Shown: one piece after another, positions 54,548 to 64,000 of the stretch
Position numbering within the stretch: position 1 is the stretch's first letter
How the letters are laid out: each line of letters opens with the position of its first letter
Assembly (NCBI RefSeq): GCF_009834535.1
Contig: NC_045697.1
Coordinates: 42,782,001-42,846,000, forward strand
Source of the DNA: Camelus ferus
Taxonomy: Eukaryota
DNA: 64,000 nt
Direction of reading: 5' to 3'
Notes under the pieces: generated by a model
What the model saw: only the letters and a program-made list of their open reading frames with translations
What the model was told of the DNA's origin: nothing
Database searches by the model: none
Position numbers and translations under genes: made by a program

Positions 54548-54975
54548 TGTAGTAGCCAGTCTTCAAAGTGGCACCCAATCTTCTCAGAATTCACCCCCTT
54601 GTATGGTTCTCTACCACATTGTGCCAAGTGTTCTATGTGACCAATAGTAGGTGGCAGAAGTGATATTTATCACCTCCAAGACTGGATTATAAAAGGTATA
54701 GTGGCTTCCATCTTGGTGGCTCTCTCTGTTTATTCTTGGATCCTTTGCTCTGGGGGAAGCCAGTGCTATGTTAAGAGCAACCATACAGAGAGCCCCGTGG
54801 AGCGGGGAACTGAAGTCACCTGCTGGAAGGAGAGCCTCCAGCCCGGCGAAGCTTCAGATGACTGCAGCAGCTGACACTTTGCAGCCTCCTGAGAGGCCAT
54901 TGGGCTGCATCTGCCCAGCTAGGCTGCCTCTTAGTTTTAGGGTAATTTGTCATGCGGAAACAGGAAATTAATTTT
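54548..54975 (+). mobile_element. MaLR LTR (MLT1F-like)
   Basis: tgtagtagccag...gtgaccaatag...ggcagaagtgat...cttcagatgactgcagc...ggtaatttgtcatgc. Confidence 0.75.
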
Positions 54976-55340
54976 ACAGGTGAGGAGACAAATATATCGA
55001 AAAGTTGAGTGTTGTTTTCCAAGAACACTCAGCAAACAAGTGATATTGCCGAGTAAAGTTCATAGTTGCGTTTTCTTCTCAATGTAACATCATTTATCGG
55101 TGGCAGATTTTCTTGGTCACTTTATGACGGTATTTTTGTTTGGGTAAGTGATGTAAAAAAGACTCATACCTTTAACTTATGAAGTTACATTGTTCATTGA
55201 ACGATGAAGAACTGAGGTGTTTTCAATTTTCTTACAGTCTTTTAGAATAATTAAAGAATAATTACATAAGAACTGCAAAAAATGAAGGTAAATTTAAAAG
55301 GACTTTGGCATACTCACACCACACATGGTGCCTGATCATC

Positions 55341-55454
55341 AGGGTGACCAGGTGTGCTCAGCACAGTCCTGCTTTTTGCCTGTTGTCTGGTGTAAGTATT
55401 ACTACAGCTCCCTTTCACTCTCAAAAGTAGACAATGAATTATATGCTCACTATG
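55341..55454. mobile_element. MER94-like hAT-Blackjack MITE
   Basis: agggtgacca...ccctttcactctcaaaagt...aattatatgctcac. Confidence 0.65.
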
Positions 55455-55756
55455 GGTGGACCAAGTCAACAAGTTAGTCATTGCTTGTCTCCTACAACAT
55501 CAGTTCCTATTTCAACCAGAGGTTCCTGCTTGGCTCCTTAAAGCTCATTTATTTGTGTTCTCAGATCAGTTCCAGCCCGGTCAGGGCATCCTCAGTGAGT
55601 CCTTGTCTAAGATACCTTCAGCTCAGAATCAGACAGCACTCTGGGTGCTCATTCTCCTGCTGATAGAAAGAGTAGGCTTTGCAGTCAAACAAATCTGCTC
55701 TCAAACCACTGCTCCATGACTTAACGAGCAGTGGGATCAGGTGGAGTTACTTAGAC

Positions 55757-55959
55757 CAGGCTGTCCAATGGCACTTCTGCGATAATGGAAATATTCTATA
55801 ATTTGGCACTGTCCAGTGGAGTAGCTACCAGCCACATATGACTACTGAGTACTTGCAGTGGGACTAGTATGGATGAAAAACTTGATTTTTAGTCTTGTTG
55901 AATTTAATTAAAAAATAACTAGCCACATGTGGCTAGTGGCTACCATCCTGGATAGCACA
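55757..55959. mobile_element. MER3-like hAT-Charlie element inserted into a MIR
   Basis: gctgtccaat...gataatggaaatattcta...agccacatgtggctagtggctaccatcctggatagcaca; MIR halves on either side (...gagttactta | ctcttgagcctcagtttc). Confidence 0.8.
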
Positions 55960-56079
55960 AAAACTCTTGAGCCTCAGTTTCTTTTCTTAAGAAATAGAGA
56001 TAATGATACCTACTTTTCAAAGTTGCAGAATATTTGGGAAAACGCTTCACACATGTTTGACACTCAAATTATTGGTATA

Positions 56080-56948
56080 TTTACCTACATAGACCCCTTG
56101 CCAGATTCTATTCTCCAGTTGACTACACTGAGACTCTATGCCTGGACACCTCCTTCTTCCTCATTGCCCCCAAGTGCAATCGGTCACCGTTCAGTAGTAC
56201 TGTATGTACCTCCTGAAAAATGCATCAAGTCTCCCGTACCTCCCATTTAGGGCCACCATCATAGCCCAAGATACCTTCATATCTGGTCGATTTAGGCCTC
56301 AACAGTCCCTCTGCTTCACTCTTGCTCCCTCCAAATCATTTGTGACACTGCAGCCTAAGGGATATTTTAAAACCACAAATATTGTCATTCCCCTGCTTAA
56401 ACGCCTTCAGTGGTTTCTCAGTTGTTAACTGAAGATAAAGACCAAGACACTCCTGGAGATATAAAAGCTGTGCAAGATCCTGCTTCACCTGCCTCTCTAG
56501 CTCTCTTTCCTCATTATCCTCCAAACCACACCAGCCTCCTTTCTGATCAAGTGCAGCAAGCTCCTTCATGCCTCTGGGCTTTCACACCAACTATTCCTCC
56601 TAGCTGGACTGCTCTCAGCTCCTCACTTCGCCTGGTTAACTCCTACCTAGGATTAAGACTTTCACTCAAAAACGTCTCCTCAGGAGAGCACAGTCTCCTG
56701 GCCCCCTAAACTAGGGGGATCAGCTCTCAGTCCAGCCTGACTTGTCCCTTCAAGGCATTTATCATGGCACGGAATCCTCTATTTATTCAGAGATTATTAT
56801 TTTTTAACAACTGACTTCCACCCCTGACTGTAAACTCCAGGATCACAGGCACTGTCTTTCTTCCACTCACCACTGTATTCTTAGCATCTGACACAGCCCC
56901 TGGCTCCATAGCACATGCTCAGTATATATGTGTTAAGTGAAGGAATGG
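56080..56948 (+). mobile_element. L2 LINE 3' fragment
   Basis: L2 body ending cactgtattcttagcatctgacacagcccctggctccatagcacatgctcagtatatatgtgttaagtgaaggaatg. Confidence 0.78.
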
Positions 56949-57155
56949 GGCCATTGAAAATGATGAGTTTCACGGTAGGTAAATGAAGCCTGCAGCTAGG
57001 ATAGCAGCAAAACAAGGCATATAAAAAACAGAGAGAAAGACCAAGTATGGTGGGGAGGACAGAGAAAAGTCTGGCTTCAAAATAGTGCTTCAGAAAAATC
57101 TAGAAATTATGTAAGTTTTGAGTTCTGTGGTTAAAAAAGAGTTATAATGAAAGTT

Positions 57156-60100
57156 GGGCGAAGACTGCCACCATGTCCTCCCTGACGTCTGCTGCACGTG
57201 GTGGGGTGTTGCTCCAGAATCTTACTCCAGACGTGTAAGGTCCCCCATCCATTAAACCACTGATATCTCTGTGGCTCTGATGGAGAATTAATAAAATGGC
57301 CACATTTAGGCTAATAGATTGCTTATTCTTATGCTTACCCTTATAATGTTCAACTAACCTGACTGACTGGTTGCTACTCACAGCTCCAGGCCCGATGTTA
57401 AAATAAAGCTATTAATTTTACTGTTTCCGCTTTATTCCAGTAATCAAAAGTAACAATCAAACTTGATTTCTGAGTTGTTCTCCAGGGAGAAGGTCATGGA
57501 ACTGTAACCTTACACAAAAGCCTGAATTACCAAAAGAAGACAACGCCTTGGGCACTTACAAGATACAGAGATCAAAAAAGTGAGAGCTAACCTCTACAGA
57601 ATTGGTTGCCTGGAGGCATCATGATGCCACTCTAAATCTTAAGCCGAGAAAATAGTTGTCCACTAGCATGTGGGGCACAAAAGTTCCAGGGGGTGATCCT
57701 GAATGTTGCAGGGGAAATCTCAGGGTGGCCGTCCACTAGTGCATGGGGCCCTGTGGTGGCTATCCTTGATGAATGGGGACCACCAAGAGATCTGGAGAAC
57801 AATGACCCCCAATGGTCCTGCTATTATATCAAAGTGAGACTTTTGTAATTGGCTTGGCTTTTATCTTGAGTGTGTGCTTGAGTGCCTCCATATATAAGTC
57901 CAAATCCTGTTCTCTCTCCCTGGTTTTGACCCTTATTAGGGGGTCCTAGTAACTTGAATACTGATTCAGGTTCCTCTGAAAGTGAGGCATGTGAAGGTGA
58001 GTGGATGACATGTCTTATTGTCTATTACTGGTATTTGTTTAAACTGAATTGACTATTTAGAAACTGGAAAAAAAAAAAAAAAAAGCCTGAAAATGGCCAA
58101 GATGGGAATCTTTTGGCATTCTTAAATTGGTTTTTGCATATGCTGTTAGAGGAATTTAGCTTTCTAGAAGACATTAATATTTCTCTTCTTGTGCCTTTGA
58201 GATGTAAATGGTCTACCTGGACTTTCTGGAACTTTAACCTAATCATATATGATCTCTAAGAGTGAAGAAAAAAAAAGGACTTTTAAAACCCTATAGGAAT
58301 AATTAATTGTGCTTTGGAAATGTTTATCTAAAATAGTCTTTTCAGATTTTGGTGCCTTGAAACTAAACTAAGTTAAATGAAGAGAATTCACTGGGCCATT
58401 TCAAATAGGATAAAATACTGGAACATTAATTGCTGGGTGGATCTAAGTTTACCCAACGTTGCCTTCTTAGGAGAGGAAGGAAGACTAAAGCATATGTTTT
58501 TTTGTTTTTTTTTTTTAATCAGGAAATGCTGGTATGATAAACAGTACAAAATTACTTGCTTCTTGGTTTTTGCCAAATATTAAGTTTTTTAAGGGTTAAG
58601 ATTATAATCAGTCATAAATCTAGTTATTGTAACTAAATTCCTTAATGATTACATTGTGATCAGGTGTTTAACCATGGCTTTTTAAGTCTTTTTGCCTTTT
58701 ATACACAGTTATTGTTATATTCTGATGCTTTTGCAAAAAGTGTTTCATCTTCAAGAAGATTCATAGGCAGGAATTTTGGCAAGTGTAGGTCTCTGAAAAT
58801 TTCAGATCATACTGGTGAACTGGGTAAGAAATTAAAGAATCCTAAGGGAAAACTGTGTTGGCTTCACAAAAAGTTAACAAAAGGATTGGTCACTAAGTAA
58901 GGTGAATATGGCTATAATTTTTATGGTTTTTGTCTGGAATATTACTGGTTTTGATCTGTGTTTTCCAGATATAGGGAAGCTCTTCCCCTAAAATTAATTA
59001 TGACTTATAGCAATTTGGTAAATACACCCATGGGTAGAACTAAAACATTTTTCTTTTCTCTCTGCCTGGTCCCTCCAGAAATAGGAGACACTTGGGTTCT
59101 GGGCAGCCTCGTCAGGTGAATGGGGAAGATTGTCTCTTGGCATGTGCAGGAATCTTAATATTTGGGGGACTTCTAGAAAAAGAGAAATGCACTGAGGCAG
59201 AACCTGATGGCAGGCCTTTGGCATGGTTTTCCTGGTCATGAGGGGCCTTTTGGGAATTCAGTCTGAGACTCCTTCTGAAGAGTTCCACCGCAGCCGGTTT
59301 GGAGAAGCCTGTGTGGTCAATTGACCAGACTTATTTTGCAAACAAATTAGTCTTGATTTGGCTGTGTTTGGGGGAGAGGAGGGTAATTTTAGAGAGAAAA
59401 ATATTATGCTTCAGTGGATATTAAATTCTAGTTCTGCTAGTTGAGGTCTGTATTTTTGAAACTTATTATTTTAGCCACACTTTTGCCCTGATGTTCAGGA
59501 TAGAAAGGAAATTATCTAACGGAGTTGTCACAGAGTATAACTCCTCATGATGTGTGACAGTGCCTGCTTTACCTCTGCTGCTAAAAGCACATGTACAATG
59601 CCTGTGTAACAACTTGGTATAACTGATAAAATGCATAACTTCCCAAATGTCTCCTCATCAATGGACCTCTGAGCTTGTGCACAGTATCTGATCAATTTTC
59701 CCCCAACATTGATAACTAGGCACATATAAAGGAGATACCCAGAGCAGGAAGGACCCTTACTTTGGTTTATTGAAAGAATTGCCATCAAAAGGGAAAATGA
59801 TGGGAAAATCTTCATGTGGAGGTATGAGAAAATCATTCTGGCTTATACATGGTTTAACTTAAACTTTACTGACCAGAGTGGCCTGTTATGTGGCCTATCA
59901 AACATGCATTGTATACCTGTTTGGCTATTGTGGAGGGGAAGGCATTTGAAAGTCAAAATGGAGTAATTATGGTTCAGACATCCCAGAAAAAGCTGTGTGG
60001 CCACAGTGGATGTGATTTGGACATGTTCCTGTATTACTAAAACTTGAATTATCTGAGCTGTCTTGTAGACCAGGACAAAAACCACAGGCAAGAATAGTGT

Positions 60101-61362
60101 TATCTCAGAATGCTTCTTGTGTTTCGCTTAATGGTCATGATCTCCCCTGTGTTGTGCCTGTTACATGGCTTACATTTCATCCCTAGCTTGAGTGAAGGAA
60201 GTTTATTTAAGGACTGGGAAGTAACAATGGCCTCACTGCAAAATGCATCTAATAGCTGGGTCTACAGTGAGATGCCACTGTCATCCTCCTCTGGACTTCC
60301 ATGAAAAATTAACCAGGCTAATGTGTCTATGTGGGGATGACTGACAATGAGGGAAAAAGACTCTCACCATCTTCCTGTCCCACATGCCAATACATCAGAA
60401 GGACCCCCATCGGCAAACATCACTATACAGCTGACTGCCCACAAGCCTCCCTGGGCTGTGCTGTGTGGAATGCAACAGGCTGGCTTCTGGACACAGACGT
60501 TCAACTAGTGGGATTAACTGTTTTTTGTTTGGAAAGGCCTAATGGGTCCACCCCTAATGACACTCAACATAACACAGGTTGGCAGACCTGTACTGTGATT
60601 GCTGACTCCTGGCTAGACCACCAGAATGTTTCTTTAAGAGCCAGGGCTTCCCTCTCCCATGCGGGTGGCTCTGGGTTTGTGAAAATCAGGGGTGACTCTA
60701 CCTTCCTTATAACTGGACAGGATGCTGCCAACATTGACCCCCTCTCCATTGACCTGGTAAGTGCTTGGCTCTAAAATATGCCCACATCCTGGTGAATGCC
60801 TGTTCCCAGCATACTAGGTATCTTTCTCTTGGTACTCCTTAGCTGCTGGTGTCTGTATGGTATTTGTGGTATCTGTCTGCAGTGCTCCTTTACATACCTG
60901 ACCCCAGGGATATCATAGAAGAGGGGTGGACCAAGATTGTAAAGGACGTACAGGGTATGTAGGGGTGGAGTGAATGTTCAGGCCACCCAAGATGGCTGTT
61001 CTCTTCCTCTCTGTATGTGCCCTGCTCGACCAGTGCCTGCTTCACCTATACTTTACTCACATGACTGCCCTACATACTAGCGCCCACACCAGCTGGTGAT
61101 CCTTCTAACCTTTAGAGCAGAACATCTCCACTACGATAACTCATCAAAAGGGCAATGAGGGGCATGCCCCTCTGCTAGTTTCCATGGTAACTGATGAGCC
61201 AACCTGATGTCAATTCCTCCTATAACTGGTCACCTCCCCGTCCCTCAGAAGTGAAAACTGCAGCCATGTCCTGCCCACCATCCACCACACACAGTGAGGT
61301 GTCATTCCAGGACTTTGCTTCAAGACATGTAAGATCCCCCATCCATTAAATCATTGATGTCT
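57156..61362 (+). mobile_element. Decayed ERV1-class (MER4-group-like) element: 5' R(-U5), internal region, env remnant, PPT, 3' U3-R
   Basis: Direct repeat 57158-57268 / 61251-61362; env-like peptides at 60110-60890; purine tract at 60952-60970 followed by TG; TATAA at 61221; ATTAAA at 61345. Confidence 0.8.
60110..60890 (+). pseudogene. Retroviral env remnant (signal peptide, SU pieces, membrane anchor)
   Basis: ...SLFKDWEVTMASLQNASNSWVYSEMPLSSSSGLP* (degenerate NCWxC..P...GLPW motif); CGWLWVCENQG*LYLPYNWTGCC (within 60648-60728); ILGIFLLVLLSCWCLYGICGICLQC anchor. Confidence 0.8.
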
Positions 61363-61560
61363 AAGAAGAAGAAGGAGAAGAAGGAGAAGGAGGAGGAAGA
61401 GGAGGAGGAAGAGGAGGAGAAGGAGGGGAAGGAGGGGAAGGAGGGGAAGGAGAGGAGGAAGAGAATAAGGAAGGAGAGGAAGAAGTACCAGAAGAAGACA
61501 GAGACAAAGAAGTATAGAAGATAGAATAAGAAGAAGAAGTAAAAGTAAGAAGGAAGAGAA
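61363..61560. repeat. Purine-rich (GAA/GGA)n low-complexity tract
   Basis: About 200 nt of almost pure A/G, including GAAGGAGGG units. Confidence 0.92.
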
Positions 61561-62254
61561 GCAAGGAGAAGGAAATCAAGAGATCGAAGAGAAGGCAGAG
61601 ATTTAGGGAAGACCCGAGTCTGAAGATCCTAACCACGAGGCGAGAGGAAGAAAATTAGGAAAAGTAAGAAAAGAGACGAACGAGAAGCGCCAGCAGCAGA
61701 CTGGGAGTTAACAAGCAAGCAATCTTTTCAGTGCATAGAACTTCTAATGTTCATAACCTGGCTCTAATTATGGCTGATTTAAAAAAAAAAACTTTTATGT
61801 ATTTTTCAAATTAAAGAAAAAAGAACTGTATTACTTTTATTTTAAAAGACTTTGTTGAAAAGCTAGATTAGAAGATGTTGCTTATATTGAAAAATAGTTT
61901 CAAGTTCAGCATTACTTTGTGATTTGGGTAGTATGAAAAATGATGCAGAGTACACTGAATTTGCACTGGATATATCCATATCTTTTTACTCTTACTTTCA
62001 GAATATTAGGCTGAAGTAATCAGATATGAGCATTGAGCATGTGCTAGTTTATGAAATAAATTCATTTTGTGAGCAAGGATAGGCACAATCAGAAAAACAG
62101 TGGTTTGAAAAAAGTCAAGAACATTGAAAACATTTGCCATACTGGATTTGAGCATCACATTTGATAAGTATAAATGGAAAATTTGAAAATAAACTGAAAA
62201 ACTCACTGGTTGTCTTATAGTCTTTGAAATGTTCAAAATAGAATAAGAAAAAAC

Positions 62255-64000
62255 ATAAATCTAAAATTTAATAAACATTGAAACATAATCTTTTTCATCT
62301 ATAATGACCCTCAATTTTACCAAATATATCCAAATTAAGGCTAATTAGTTTGCAAAACAAGTCTGGTTAATTGATCACATGGGCTTTTTAAAATTGGCTG
62401 TGCTGGAGCTTTTCATAAGGAATCTCAGATTAAACTTTAAAGGCCTCCAAAGGCCAGGAAAGCCACGTCAAGAGCTTTTCATCAGATCTGCATGGATGGA
62501 TTTCTCTTTTCTAGATATTCCCAAAATGTCATGATTCCTGCGCTTGCAGGAGGCAGTCTTTCCTATTTATCTAATAAGGCTGTCAGGAACCTAAGAGTTC
62601 GTAATTTCTGGAGGGATCAGGTAGAGGGAAAAGGTAAATGTTTTAATTATAAAGGTATAATTTGCCAAATTGTTATAAATCATAATTAGCTTAAGGGGAA
62701 AGAATTCCTTATATCTGGAAAACACAGATTAAAAGCCAGTAATATTTCAGACAAAACCCAAAAATGTATAACCATATTTATCAGTTCACTAAGTCCTGTG
62801 TAATTAGTCCTTTTTGTTAAGTTTTATGAAACCATAAAGAAACTTAACCAAGTTCCTGTGTATTTTAAGATAATACTAGAATCATGACAGATAATATTAT
62901 ACCAGAACATATCCAAATTTTAGTAACTTCATAAGAGTCCTAGAATGCTTATTTTAATGACATTTATCCATACACTATAATCTAAGAATGTTTATCACTA
63001 TTATTTGACAATGCTTCCCATGTAATTTAACCTACCAAATAATCTTAATTAATTTGGTATTTTTTTCTGAGATACTTTGCAGCCCTCTGAGGTACACCCA
63101 AAATTAGCCAGAGACGAAGAGAACTTAATTAGAATTTGATACTTGGGAAGTTTGTCAAAAATATCAAAAAAGTTTTAAAACATTCGGTCAAATAGGATCA
63201 TAGGTCACTGTGAAAATACTTATTCACTTAACCATATGGCAAAAGATTTCAAAAGCAAATACAGATCACTTAAAGGCAAAAAATATCACACAGTCTGTTA
63301 TCAAAAGGACCAATATCTGGCAGACTATTTGTTTTAGGTCAACAAGAAATTCACAAGAAAATGTACAAACATAGAGGAAAGATCACATGTGGACACAATG
63401 GGTAAGTGATCATCTGAAAGCCGAAGAGAGAGTCTTCAGAAGAAATGGACTCTACCTACTCCTTGGACTGTGAGAAAAATTAAGTTGTGGGGGAAGAAGG
63501 GAGCATTTCAAGAAAACTTTGTTTTCCCAAGCAGACAGAGAGTAAACCAAACTCTTGCACTAGCTTACTTTTAATAACAAAATTTATTTACTTAATTAAA
63601 TTCAATTTAATCTTAGCCAATCTTGACCATGCTCCAAGACTTTTCTCAAGACTCCTTTTCCACAAACCTACCATCACTTTCTATATTCAGATTAATTCAT
63701 CCCTTATTTTTCTATCCATAAACAACCAGTCCTAGGACAAAATTGCCTTTCATTTTTCCAACAAATGTATTTCCATTCTTTATGCCTTGTTTTACTGAAA
63801 ACATACATCCTACTTTCCTTGAGCATTGAAATGTTGCCCTTATTACTTCCAGTAGCTTTTAATTACACGTGTATTACAATGTTTAACCCTTAAAAAAAAG
63901 TCAATCTCTAAGAAAAACCAGGAAGCAAGCAATTGTAAACTGTTTATCACACCAGTATTTCCTGATTGGCAAACTAATGAATATATTCCATAACCTCTAA
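62255..64000 (-). mobile_element. Second ERV1-class (MER4-group-like) internal region in opposite orientation, with a MaLR-like fragment at about 63350-63490
   Basis: 62255-62834 is the diverged reverse complement of 58858-59436; AT-rich MER4-int-like text continues to the window end. Confidence 0.75.

Noticed and set aside
59600..59700. Integrase-like peptide QQLGIT in the ERV
   Set aside because: Too short and degenerate to call pol without a profile search.
60331..60774. 147-aa ORF as a domesticated env gene
   Set aside because: GTG start, no signal peptide in frame, env motifs split across frames with stops.
61361..61636. Ser/Pro-rich minus-strand ORF; RPGR-ORF15-like reading of the plus strand
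   Set aside because: The ORF is a translation of the purine repeat, and the downstream peptide does not match the RPGR basic C-terminus as I recall it.
1..64000. CRISPR arrays, prokaryotic operons, remaining short ORFs in the track
   Set aside because: Mammalian intron/intergenic DNA; no regularly spaced repeat-spacer array seen; the short ORFs fall in repeats or lack splice and homology support.

Overview
Mammalian genomic DNA, very probably a camelid (two tRNA-derived Vic-1-type SINEs). The left half carries the 5' part of CDS1 (CDP-diacylglycerol synthase 1) on the minus strand: coding exons 1-4 and part of exon 5, all with GT-AG boundaries and consistent phase. Its CpG-island promoter is at about 31.6-32.5 kb. 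The right half is intergenic and repeat-rich (L1, L2, MIR, MaLR/ERVL/ERV1 LTRs, MER DNA transposons). The most interesting structures are: (i) a decayed ERV1-class element at about 57.2-61.4 kb laid out like an mRNA (R-U5-internal-env-PPT-U3-R-purine tail), suggesting L1-mediated retroposition rather than integrase-mediated integration; (ii) an internally deleted L1 at 41.7-44.4 kb with a TSD-bounded putative 3' transduction and a younger foldback/template-switch rearrangement; (iii) a probable retrocopied 3'UTR fragment in CDS1 intron 4; (iv) a short uORF and an in-frame strong-context CUG in the CDS1 leader. Repeat family names are from pattern recognition and need RepeatMasker/Dfam confirmation.
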